From an uncultured Candidatus Saccharibacteria bacterium (GTDB lineage: Bacteria; Patescibacteriota; Minisyncoccia; Minisyncoccales; JANBVM01): 64,000 nt of DNA. The notes beneath the pieces were generated by a model. That model saw only the letters and a program-made list of their open reading frames with translations, was not told where the DNA came from and ran no database searches. Below, piece after piece: positions 42,351-51,129 of this stretch. The position numbers were made by a program, and so were the translations under genes. Location: NCBI GenBank assembly GCA_964435835.1, contig CAYSZX010000002.1, positions 8,282-72,281 on the forward strand. Direction: 5' to 3'. Positions within the stretch are counted from its first letter, which is position 1, and every line of letters begins with the position of its first letter.

Positions 42351-42542
42351 ATGAAAAAAAGGGGAGAAAAAAAGAATAATAAATTTGATTTTTCGCAACT
42401 AAATCGAAGATATTTGAAAAGTCAAATAAAAACAACAAAAAAAATACTAAGAAAAGAATGGGTTCAAAAAACTTCATTCTTTAAAAATTATTTTTCTGTA
42501 AAGTTAGAAGCTTTGCAAAAAGAAATAAACAAAAGGCTTTAA
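42351..42542 (+). CDS. small basic protein (63 aa), hypothetical
   Basis: It has its own promoter-like element, an SD-like GGTGA and a downstream terminator, which supports a real transcription unit. Confidence 0.45.
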   Translation: MKKRGEKKNNKFDFSQLNRRYLKSQIKTTKKILRKEWVQKTSFFKNYFSVKLEALQKEINKRL

Positions 42543-42558
42543 AAAGCCTATTTTTTTT
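42534..42558 (+). terminator. intrinsic terminator after the small gene
   Basis: AGGCU-UUAAAA-AGCCU followed by A and then U8. Confidence 0.55.
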
Positions 42559-42585
42559 AAAAAAAGGAAAAAATAAAGATATTTT

Positions 42586-42614
42586 TTGACTTGTTGCTTT
42601 CTTAAAAGTAAAAT
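42586..42614 (+). promoter_or_regulatory. candidate dnaE promoter; -10 ends 8 nt before the ATG
   Basis: TTGACT (42586-42591), 17-nt spacer, TAAAAT (42609-42614), ATG at 42623. Confidence 0.4.
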
Positions 42615-42622
42615 GAATTATT

Positions 42623-45600
42623 ATGAATTTTACTCACCTACATGTTCATACTCACTATTCTCTTTTAGATGGACTTCCTAAAATAGATGAACTTTTAGAT
42701 CACGTTAAAGAATTAGGAATGGACTCAGTAGCAATTACTGATCATGGAGTTCTTTATGGAGCCATTGAATTTTATAAGAAAGCTAAAAAGAAAGGAATTA
42801 AACCAATCATTGGATCTGAAATGTATATGGCTTATGAAGGAATGGAACAACAAAGACCTAATATTGATAATAAAAGATATCATTTAGTTTTACTGGTAAA
42901 AAACAAAAAGGGTTATAAAAACCTAGTTAAACTAATAACCAAAGCTCACCTAGAGGGATTTTACTATAAACCAAGAATTGACGAAAAATTACTAGCTAAA
43001 CATTCAGAAGGACTAATTGGTTTAACTGCTTGCGTTCAGGGTAAAGTTCCTCAATTAATTATTGCTGGTAAATATGAGGAAGCAAAAAAAGCTGCTTTAA
43101 AATATCAAGAAATACTTGGAAAAGGCAACTTTTATTTAGAAATTCAACGTCATCCTAATATAGAAAATCAAAAAATTGCCAATGAGGGAATAATTAAACT
43201 TTCGCAAGAATTAGATATTCCTTTAATAGCAACCAATGATTCTCATTATTTGAAACCCGAAGACGCGGAAGCTCAAGATATATTAATGTTAATTAACACC
43301 GGGGCTGATTTAGATGATCCCGAACGATTAACAATGAAGATGGATGATTTTTCTATTGGGTCTCCAGAAAAAATGATGAAAGATTTTAAAGAACATCCAG
43401 AAGCTATTAAAAACACTCAGGAAATTGTAAAAAAATGTAATTTTGAATTTGAATTAGGTAAAACAAAACTTCCTGCTTTTGAAACACCAGACGGACAATC
43501 AGCTAAAGAATATCTAAGAGAATTATGCTTAAAAGGAATTAAAAAATTCTATGGAGAAAATCCAGGCAAAGAAGTAATGAATAGATTAAACCATGAATTA
43601 AAAATTATTGATGAAATGGGTTTTTCTGCTTATTTTTTAATTGTTCAAGATTTTGTTAAATGGGCCAGAGAACAAAGAATTGTTGTCGGACCAGGCAGAG
43701 GATCAGCTGGCGGCTCAATCGTTGCTTACACTACAGAAATTACTACAATTGATCCAATTAAATGGGGACTTCTCTTTGAAAGATTCTTAAATCCAGCTAG
43801 AGTATCAATGCCTGATATTGATTTAGATTTTACTGACAGAAGAAGAGATGAAGTAATGAATTATGTTGCTGAAAAATATGGCAGAGATCATGTTGCTCAA
43901 ATTTGTACTTTTGGAACTATGGCCGCAAGAGGTTCAATTAGAGATGTTGGTAGATCTTTGGGGTATAGTTATGATTTCTGTGACCGAATTGCAAAAATGA
44001 TTCCAACAGGTTCTAGTTTAGATGAAGCTTTGGAAAAAGTTACTCAATTAAGAAATCTTTATGAGACTAGAGGAAAAGTAAAAAAACTAATCGATCTTTC
44101 AAAGAAGCTAGAAGGAGTTAATCGTCATATTTCTACTCATGCTTGTGCTGCAGTAATTGCAAAAAACCCTTTAGACGATATAGTTCCTCTTCAACACCCT
44201 AGTCAAAGCAAAAAGGAAATTATTACTCAATATGAAATGCATGGCATTGAAGACCTAGGTCTTCTTAAAATGGATTTCTTAGGTTTAAAAAATTTAACAA
44301 TTATTGAAGATACTTTAGCTAGAATTTATGCAGTTCGCCATGAAAGTATAGATATTAATAAAATTCCTTTAGATGATGAAAAAACCTACAAATTACTTCA
44401 AAAAGGAAAAACAATAGGAGTTTTTCAATTAGAATCAGCTGGTTTTAGAAAATATTTAAAACAATTAGAGCCAACTAGCTTAGAAGATGTTATTGTTATG
44501 ATTGCTTTATACCGACCTGGCCCAATGTCTTTTATTCCCGAATATATTGGAAGAAAGAAAGGAGAAAGAGAGGTTAAATATATTCATCCGAAATTAGAAA
44601 AGATTTTAAATAAAACCTATGGATTGCCTGTTTATCAGGAAGATTTAATGAAAATAGCTCAGGAATTAGCTGGGTTCAGTCTTTCTGAAGCTGATATTTT
44701 AAGAAAAGCAATAGGAAAGAAAATCCGTTCTTTATTAATGAAACAAAAGAAAAAGCTTATTCAGGGGATGAGAGACAATGGAATCAGTGAAAAAGTAGCT
44801 CAAAAGATATGGGAATGGATATTACCTTTTGCCCAGTATGGATTTAATCGTAGTCATTCCTGTGCTTATGCTTTTATTGCTTATCAAACAGCTTACCTTA
44901 AAGCTAATTATCCAGTTGAATTCATGTCTGCTTTATTAACATCAGAAAAGTCTGATGTCGATAGAATTGGTGATTTGATTCAGGAATGTGAAAAAATGGG
45001 AATTGAGGTTTTGGCTCCCGACATTAATGAAAGCTGGAGAAACTTTACCGTGGTTCCTGAAACTAACAAAATCAGGTTTGGTTTATTAGCAGTAAAGAAC
45101 GTTGGAGCTAAAATTGTTGAATCAATTGTTCAAGAAAGAAAAGAAAATGGACCTTTTAAATCAATGAACGGCTTTGCCACTCGAATTAAACCAAAAGACT
45201 TAAATAAAAGAGCCTTGGAAAGCTTGATCAAAGCAGGAGCTTTTGACGAATTTAAAGAAAGAAATTTATTGTTAAAAAATATTCCAACAATTACTGAAAG
45301 AAGTCGAGAAAAAGCAAAGAAACAAAAAACTGGTCAAAAAGGTCTTTTTGCAGGGATGAAGTTTGATGAAAAGCTTAATTTTCAACCCGCTGATCCAGTT
45401 ACTGATGAACAAAAACTATTATGGGAAAAAGAGCTTTTAGGATTATTTATTAGCTCTCATCCTCTAGATGAATTTGACCAAGTGTTAGAAAAAGAAACTA
45501 CTGAAATTTCTGAGCTTGGTTCTATAAAAAGCAATAGAGCAACAGTTGGGGGTATTATTTTAAAAATAAAAAAGATAATTACCAAAAGAACCAAAAAACC

Positions 45601-45787
45601 AATGTGTTTTCTTACTTTAGAAGATTTATCCGGAAGAGTTGAAGTCGTAGTCTTCCCTTCTATTTATGATAAATATTTTGATTTATTAGAAGAAAATAAT
45701 ATTGTTTTAATTAGTGGTAAGATAGACAGAAAAGAAGATACTCCTAAAATACTTTGTGGTGAAATTAAAGCAATCAAAGAAGCTTGA
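42623..45787 (+). CDS. dnaE: DNA polymerase III alpha subunit
   Basis: PHP domain FTHLHVHTHYSLLDG, the polymerase core (GPGRGSAGGS, PDIDLDF), an HhH, and an OB fold; 1054 aa. Confidence 0.95.
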   Translation: MNFTHLHVHTHYSLLDGLPKIDELLDHVKELGMDSVAITDHGVLYGAIEFYKKAKKKGIKPIIGSEMYMAYEGMEQQRPNIDNKRYHLVLLVKNKKGYKNLVKLITKAHLEGFYYKPRIDEKLLAKHSEGLIGLTACVQGKVPQLIIAGKYEEAKKAALKYQEILGKGNFYLEIQRHPNIENQKIANEGIIKLSQELDIPLIATNDSHYLKPEDAEAQDILMLINTGADLDDPERLTMKMDDFSIGSPEKMMKDFKEHPEAIKNTQEIVKKCNFEFELGKTKLPAFETPDGQSAKEYLRELCLKGIKKFYGENPGKEVMNRLNHELKIIDEMGFSAYFLIVQDFVKWAREQRIVVGPGRGSAGGSIVAYTTEITTIDPIKWGLLFERFLNPARVSMPDIDLDFTDRRRDEVMNYVAEKYGRDHVAQICTFGTMAARGSIRDVGRSLGYSYDFCDRIAKMIPTGSSLDEALEKVTQLRNLYETRGKVKKLIDLSKKLEGVNRHISTHACAAVIAKNPLDDIVPLQHPSQSKKEIITQYEMHGIEDLGLLKMDFLGLKNLTIIEDTLARIYAVRHESIDINKIPLDDEKTYKLLQKGKTIGVFQLESAGFRKYLKQLEPTSLEDVIVMIALYRPGPMSFIPEYIGRKKGEREVKYIHPKLEKILNKTYGLPVYQEDLMKIAQELAGFSLSEADILRKAIGKKIRSLLMKQKKKLIQGMRDNGISEKVAQKIWEWILPFAQYGFNRSHSCAYAFIAYQTAYLKANYPVEFMSALLTSEKSDVDRIGDLIQECEKMGIEVLAPDINESWRNFTVVPETNKIRFGLLAVKNVGAKIVESIVQERKENGPFKSMNGFATRIKPKDLNKRALESLIKAGAFDEFKERNLLLKNIPTITERSREKAKKQKTGQKGLFAGMKFDEKLNFQPADPVTDEQKLLWEKELLGLFISSHPLDEFDQVLEKETTEISELGSIKSNRATVGGIILKIKKIITKRTKKPMCFLTLEDLSGRVEVVVFPSIYDKYFDLLEENNIVLISGKIDRKEDTPKILCGEIKAIKEA

Positions 45788-45788
45788 T

Positions 45789-45816
45789 TTGACAATAATT
45801 CTCTCTCATTTACAAT
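45789..45816 (+). promoter_or_regulatory. candidate promoter of the thrS leader; -10 ends 6 nt before the leader-peptide ATG
   Basis: TTGACA (45789-45794), 16-nt spacer, TACAAT (45811-45816). Confidence 0.4.
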
Positions 45817-45822
45817 AAGTCT

Positions 45823-45891
45823 ATGTTAATTAGTTATCGAAAAATTAAAAAAAGAACTTCTGTTATTACCACCACTAAGAACCCTTTTTGA
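45823..45891 (+). CDS. candidate thrS leader peptide (22 aa, 4 Thr codons, 3 consecutive)
   Basis: ATG TTA ATT AGT TAT CGA AAA ATT AAA AAA AGA ACT TCT GTT ATT ACC ACC ACT AAG AAC CCT TTT TGA = MLISYRKIKKRTSVITTTKNPF. The stop lies inside the antiterminator 5' strand. Confidence 0.5.
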   Translation: MLISYRKIKKRTSVITTTKNPF

Positions 45892-45959
45892 AAGAGGTTG
45901 ATTTTTCCCAATCATGATTATTCTAATTAGCCTCTTTCAAAAGGGGCTTTGTTTTTATT
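45882..45959 (+). promoter_or_regulatory. terminator/antiterminator attenuator upstream of thrS
   Basis: The terminator is an 8-bp stem (45929-45936 pairing with 45941-45948), loop UCAA, then UUGUUUUUAUU. The alternative helix pairs 45882-45897 (CCCUUUUUGAAAGAGG) with 45931-45946 (CCUCUUUCAAAAGGGG): 16 bp including one G.U. Confidence 0.6.
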
Positions 45960-45965
45960 AAAAGA

Positions 45966-47714
45966 ATGTTTTTTATGTTAAAATTAATAAATAAAATTAT
46001 GAAATCAAAAATAGAAAAAATTCGTCATTCCTTAGCTCATGTTTTAGCTGCCGCTGTTCAAGAACTTTACCCTAAAGTTAAGTTTGGTATCGGACCAGCT
46101 ATAGATAATGGTTTTTATTATGATTTTGAATTTCCAAAATCTATAAGTGAAGACAATTTATCAAAAATAGAAAAGAAAATGAAAGAAATAATCAAAAAAG
46201 ACATTTCTTTCAAAAAAGTTAAATTAAATGAAAAAGAGATAGAAGAAAAATTCAAAAATCAACCCTACAAGCAAGAACTAATAGAAGAATTAGAAGAAAA
46301 GCCTACTTTTTATAAAAGTGGTGATTTTATTGATCTTTGTAAGGGATCTCACGTCAAATCAACTAAAGAAATAAATCCTAAAGCTTTTAAATTAGAAAAA
46401 ATTGCGGGAGCTTATTGGAAAGGAGATGAAAATAATAAAATGTTAACTAGAATATATGGATTAGCATTTGAAACAGAAAAGGCATTAAAAGAGTATTTAG
46501 ACTTTCAAGAAGAAGCTAAAAAGAGAGATCATGTCCGTTTAGGTAAAAAAATGAAACTATTTTTATTTGATGAAAAAGTTGGACCAGGACTACCTATTTG
46601 GCAACCAAAAGGAGCAACCCTTATTCAAATAATGAAAGATTATTTAAAAGAAGAATTAATTAAAGAAAATTATAAGTGGTTAATTACTCCTCACATAGGG
46701 AAAATTGATATTTGGAAAACTTCTGGCCATTGGGATTTTTATCAAGATAGCCTTTATTCTCCTATGGAAATTGACGAAGATAAATACATTGTTAAGCCCA
46801 TGAATTGCCCTTTTCATATCAAAGTTTACAAATCAGAGATAAGAAGCTATAGAGATTTACCTATTAAATACGCTGAATTTGGAACTGTTTATCGTTATGA
46901 GAAATCAGGCGAATTACATGGTTTAACAAGAGTAAGAGGATTTACTCAAGATGATGCTCATGTTTGGTGTACAGAAGATCAATTATTTAAAGAAATAGAA
47001 AAATTATTAAAGCATAGCTTCCACATCTTTAATGTCTTTGGTTTTGAAGAATTCCAAGTTTACCTTTCAACTCGTCCTGATAAATATATAGGAACAGAAA
47101 AGAAATGGGAAAAAGCTACAGAAGCTTTAAAAAAGACTTTAAAGAAAGAAAGTATTGATTTCTTAATAGACGAAGGAGGAGGTGCTTTTTATGGTCCTAA
47201 AATTGATATTAAAGTTAAAGATTCTTTAGGAAGAGCTCATCAATGCACAACTATTCAAATAGATTTCAACTTACCAGAAAGATTTGAAATGTTTTACATT
47301 AACGAAAAAGGAGAAAAACAACGACCATTTATGATTCATCGAGCATTGCTTGGTTCTTTTGAAAGATTTTTGGGTGTTTTACTAGAAAACTATGGAGGAG
47401 AGCTACCTCTTTGGTTATCTCCAAAACAAATGTGGGTTATTCCAATCAGTTCAAAGAATTTAGAATACGCTCAAAAAGTTCAAGAAAGACTTCAAGAAAA
47501 TAAATTCAGATCAGTTTTAAAGGATGAAGACGAAACTCTTTCCAAAAAAATAAGAAAAGGAGAAATTCAAAAGATACCTTATCTTTTAGTGGTTGGCGGA
47601 AAAGAAGAAAAAAATAAAACAATCAGTCCAAGATATAAAGGAAAAGATCTAGGTTCAATGAAATTAAAAAAATTCATTAATGAAAGAAAGACAGATATTA
47701 AAAATAAAAAATAA
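45966..47714 (+). CDS. thrS: threonine--tRNA ligase (no N-terminal TGS domain)
   Basis: It starts directly in the editing/second-additional domain (IRHSLAHVLAAAV...GPAIDNGFYYDFE), with class II motifs (RDHVRLGK, FRYE.SG, HRALLGSFERF). Alternative starts are at 45975 and 45999. Confidence 0.95.
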   Translation: MFFMLKLINKIMKSKIEKIRHSLAHVLAAAVQELYPKVKFGIGPAIDNGFYYDFEFPKSISEDNLSKIEKKMKEIIKKDISFKKVKLNEKEIEEKFKNQPYKQELIEELEEKPTFYKSGDFIDLCKGSHVKSTKEINPKAFKLEKIAGAYWKGDENNKMLTRIYGLAFETEKALKEYLDFQEEAKKRDHVRLGKKMKLFLFDEKVGPGLPIWQPKGATLIQIMKDYLKEELIKENYKWLITPHIGKIDIWKTSGHWDFYQDSLYSPMEIDEDKYIVKPMNCPFHIKVYKSEIRSYRDLPIKYAEFGTVYRYEKSGELHGLTRVRGFTQDDAHVWCTEDQLFKEIEKLLKHSFHIFNVFGFEEFQVYLSTRPDKYIGTEKKWEKATEALKKTLKKESIDFLIDEGGGAFYGPKIDIKVKDSLGRAHQCTTIQIDFNLPERFEMFYINEKGEKQRPFMIHRALLGSFERFLGVLLENYGGELPLWLSPKQMWVIPISSKNLEYAQKVQERLQENKFRSVLKDEDETLSKKIRKGEIQKIPYLLVVGGKEEKNKTISPRYKGKDLGSMKLKKFINERKTDIKNKK

Positions 47715-47735
47715 AAATTTATTAAATTAAATAAT

Positions 47736-48842
47736 ATGAAAAAAGTAATTTTTACTATTCTATTTTGTTCTCTACTCTTCTCCTCTCTAAATCCTATAAA
47801 TGGAGAAGAAGCAGACGCTACAGAAATGTTAAATGTTGATGAAGAGGTTCAGGCTTCTGATTTAGAAATTAAAGAACCAACTCTTCTCCCTGGTCATCCT
47901 TTTTATTTTTTAAAAGAGTGGGGACACAACATAAGATTATTTTTTACCTTTAACTCTATTGAAAAAGCAGAACTTAAATTAAAATTTGTTAATGAAAAAT
48001 TACTTGAGTTAAAGAAAATGACTGAAACGGATATTAACAATCAAGTTATAGAAAAGGCAATTCAAGATTATCAAGAAAGGATTAGAAAAGTAGTAACAGC
48101 AATTGAAAAAATTAAAGACGAATCGGAAGACCAAGAAAAAGTAAAAAACTTTTCTGAAAAATACACTAAACAACAAATTCTACATCAAAAGATTCTTCAA
48201 AGATTAGAAGAACAAGCTCCTGAACAAGCAGTGGGGAAAATTAAGGAAGCACAAGAAGAACATTTGGAAAAATTTGGAGAAGTTTTATCTAAACTTGAAA
48301 AAAGTGAAAATATTCCTGAACTTATTAATCAAGTGTTAAGCAATATAGAAGGAAGTAGCTTAAAAGAAATAAAAGAAGTGGAAATATTAAAAGAAATAAA
48401 AGGGGTATTTTCTCCAGAAATCCAAAGAAGACTAGAAGAAAAGATTGAAAAAAGAATAAATAACTTAAAAGAAAAATTGGAAGAATCTTCTTCAGAAGAC
48501 CAAGAAAAAGTTAAAAAGTATATAGAGAAAAGTAGCGGTGGAACAGAAATCTATTTAAATCTCATTGATAGCTTTAAAGACGAACTTATCCAAGATAATT
48601 TAAAGGAGCTCATTAATAGTATCGGAGGAATGAGTTTACAAGAAATAAAAGATAGGAATATAAAAATTGATTCAGGGCAAATAGAAAATTTAATGGATAA
48701 AGACGAAATTCAAGTAAAAGATTTAACTGTCCAAGAAATGATTCAAATTCTCAACGAATTAGAAAAAACAGATGTCGAAAGTATTCAAAAACAGATTGAA
48801 GAAATGATGGACAACATTCTCGAAAATCAAAGCAATCAATAG
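47736..48842 (+). CDS. secreted coiled-coil protein (DUF5667-like N-terminal region)
   Basis: Signal peptide MKKVIFTILFCSLLFSSLNP, then PGHPFYFLKEWGHNIRLFF..., then long E/K-rich helices. Confidence 0.5.
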   Translation: MKKVIFTILFCSLLFSSLNPINGEEADATEMLNVDEEVQASDLEIKEPTLLPGHPFYFLKEWGHNIRLFFTFNSIEKAELKLKFVNEKLLELKKMTETDINNQVIEKAIQDYQERIRKVVTAIEKIKDESEDQEKVKNFSEKYTKQQILHQKILQRLEEQAPEQAVGKIKEAQEEHLEKFGEVLSKLEKSENIPELINQVLSNIEGSSLKEIKEVEILKEIKGVFSPEIQRRLEEKIEKRINNLKEKLEESSSEDQEKVKKYIEKSSGGTEIYLNLIDSFKDELIQDNLKELINSIGGMSLQEIKDRNIKIDSGQIENLMDKDEIQVKDLTVQEMIQILNELEKTDVESIQKQIEEMMDNILENQSNQ

Positions 48843-48864
48843 TTCTCTTTAGACAAGAACATAC

Positions 48865-48897
48865 AAAAAACAGCTTTTTAAAGGCTGTTTTTGTTTT
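48865..48897 (+). terminator. intrinsic terminator
   Basis: A6-CAGCUUU-UUA-AAGGCUG-U5. Confidence 0.55.
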
Positions 48898-48930
48898 AAT
48901 AAAAACTCTTTTCTTGTTATAACTAAAAAT

Positions 48931-51129
48931 ATGAAAAAGTATTTTATTCAAACTTATGGTTGCCAACAAAACGAATCTGATTCTGAACGAATAGCTTCTG
49001 TTTTAAAAAAGATGAATTACAAGTCTGCTTCATCAAAAAATGAAGCTGATTTAATTATAGTAAACGCTTGTTCTATAAGAGAATCAGCAATTGATAGAAT
49101 GAGAGGATTAGCTTCCAAATTAAAGAAATTAAAAGAAAAAAATTCAAAAATTAAGACAATTTTAACGGGTTGCTTACTTAAAAAATCAAAAAAAGAATTT
49201 AAAAATTACTTTGATTTTATTTTACCTATAAAAACTCTTCAAAATTGGTCTGAAATATTAAAAAAAGAAAAAGCCTACCCTTTCTTTAATCCAAGGGATA
49301 AGAAGTTTAATAAAGAGTTTGGTGTGGACTATTTTGATATTAAGCCCAATAGAGAAAATAAATATTCCGCTTTAATCTCTATTTCTTCTGGTTGTAATAA
49401 TTTTTGCTCTTATTGTGTAGTTCCCCGCACCCGTGGACCTTTAATCTGTAGAGAGCATGAAAAAATAATTAATGAAGCTAAAAAAGCAATTAAAAAAGGA
49501 GTCAAAGAAATATGGCTTCTTGGAGAAAATGTTAATGATTACAAATCTCCAAGCAATAAATCAATTAATTTTGCTAAATTGTTAGAAAAAATAGATACCC
49601 TTCTAGGAAATTTCTGGATTAGATTTACTAGTCCGCACCCTAAAAACTTTTCACAGGAATTAATAGATCAACTTGCTAAAACTAAAAAGTTAGCTAAATA
49701 TATTCATGTTCCTGTTCAGTCTGGCAACAATCAAATTTTAAAAAGAATGAGTAGGTCTTATACTATCCAGAACTATAAAAAAATTATTAAGGAAATAAGA
49801 GAAAAAATACCAGACGTAGCTATTTCAACCGATATTATTGTTGGTTTTCCTGGCGAAACAAAAGAACAATTCAAAGACACTTTAAAATTATTCAAAGAAT
49901 TGAAATTTGATATGGCTTATATAGCAGAATATTCTGAAAGAAACGAAACAAAAGCAGCAGAAATGGAAAATAACATTTCTTTTCAAGAGAAAAAAAGAAG
50001 AAAGAAAAAACTTACTAGAATTTTAAAAGAGACTGCTTTAGAGAACAATAAGAAATATGTTGGTAAAATAGTTAAAGTTTTAATTGATAAAGAAACTAAA
50101 GAGTTTTTATATGGAAAAACTGAAAAATACAAGACAGTTAAAATTCAAAAAGATAAAATCACTGCTTTGGGAAGTTTTGCCAAAGTAAAAATAAAGAAAG
50201 CTCTTCCTTGGGGATTAAAAGGAGAAAAGGTTCCTCCTAAATTAGTAGTTGTTTTAGGGCCCACAGCTTCTGGAAAAACTGAAACAAGTATTAAATTAGC
50301 TCAAAAATTTAACGGAGAAATTGTTTCAGCTGATTCTAAACAGGTTTATAAGGAAGTATCTATTGGAACAGCTAAACCAACCGAAAAAGAAAGAAAAGCT
50401 GTTAAACATCATTTAATTGACTTTATTTCTCTGGAGAAAGACTTTAATGTGGCTAAGTATAAAAAACTTGCCCTAAAGGCTATTAAGAAGGTCTTAAAGA
50501 AAGAAAAACAGCCCTTTTTAGTCGGAGGTTCTGCTCTTTACATTAAATCAGTAGTCAAAAATTTTTCTTTAACCGAAACTCCACCCAACAAGAAGCTGCG
50601 AAAGAAACTTAGTAATAAAAGTGTAAAAGAGCTTTTTGAAATTTACAAGAAATTAGATCCAAAAGGAGCTAAAAAAATAGCAAAAGAAAATAAAAGAAGA
50701 TTAATAAGAGCTATAGAGGTTTGCGAGGAAAGCGGTAAATCTTTTTGGCAACAAAGAAAAAAGAAAAATCCTTTATTTGATGTTTTTAAAATTGGTATTA
50801 AACCTAATAAGAAAAAACTAAAAGAAAGAATAACCAAAAGGACAGAAAAAATGTTTAAACAAGGATTAGAAAAAGAAGCCATTAAAATAATTAAAAAAAT
50901 GGGTCCGTGCCCTTCTCTCAAAATAATTGGATATCAAGAATGGTTCCCTTTTTATCCTGATTTTTCTATTACTGAAAAAGACAGAGAAAAAGTAAAAGAA
51001 AAAATCATCCTTCATACTTTACAATTTAGTAAAGATCAGATGACTTGGTACAAAAAAGATAAGGAAATTAACTGGGTGCAAAATTACAAAGAAGCAAAAG
51101 AATTAATCCAAAAATTTTTAAGAAATTAA
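48931..51129 (+). CDS. miaB-miaA: fusion protein: MiaB (tRNA-i6A37 methylthiotransferase) N-terminal ~430 aa plus MiaA (tRNA dimethylallyltransferase) C-terminal ~300 aa
   Basis: MiaB part: YGCQQNESDSE (UPF0004), radical SAM CNNFCSYC, and a TRAM domain (VGKIVKVLID...). MiaA part: VVLGPTASGKT, SADSKQVYKEVSIGTAKP, HHLIDF. It is a single uninterrupted 732-codon ORF. Confidence 0.85.
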   Translation: MKKYFIQTYGCQQNESDSERIASVLKKMNYKSASSKNEADLIIVNACSIRESAIDRMRGLASKLKKLKEKNSKIKTILTGCLLKKSKKEFKNYFDFILPIKTLQNWSEILKKEKAYPFFNPRDKKFNKEFGVDYFDIKPNRENKYSALISISSGCNNFCSYCVVPRTRGPLICREHEKIINEAKKAIKKGVKEIWLLGENVNDYKSPSNKSINFAKLLEKIDTLLGNFWIRFTSPHPKNFSQELIDQLAKTKKLAKYIHVPVQSGNNQILKRMSRSYTIQNYKKIIKEIREKIPDVAISTDIIVGFPGETKEQFKDTLKLFKELKFDMAYIAEYSERNETKAAEMENNISFQEKKRRKKKLTRILKETALENNKKYVGKIVKVLIDKETKEFLYGKTEKYKTVKIQKDKITALGSFAKVKIKKALPWGLKGEKVPPKLVVVLGPTASGKTETSIKLAQKFNGEIVSADSKQVYKEVSIGTAKPTEKERKAVKHHLIDFISLEKDFNVAKYKKLALKAIKKVLKKEKQPFLVGGSALYIKSVVKNFSLTETPPNKKLRKKLSNKSVKELFEIYKKLDPKGAKKIAKENKRRLIRAIEVCEESGKSFWQQRKKKNPLFDVFKIGIKPNKKKLKERITKRTEKMFKQGLEKEAIKIIKKMGPCPSLKIIGYQEWFPFYPDFSITEKDREKVKEKIILHTLQFSKDQMTWYKKDKEINWVQNYKEAKELIQKFLRN

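Noticed and set aside
45860-45960. Possible T-box riboswitch upstream of thrS (the ACC ACC ACU run as a specifier, with a terminator).
   Set aside because: I could not find the conserved T-box sequence (AANNNGGGUGGUACCGCG-like) or a stem I/specifier-loop architecture. The leader is only ~140 nt, and the Thr codons sit in frame in a 22-codon ORF. Leader-peptide attenuation fits better.
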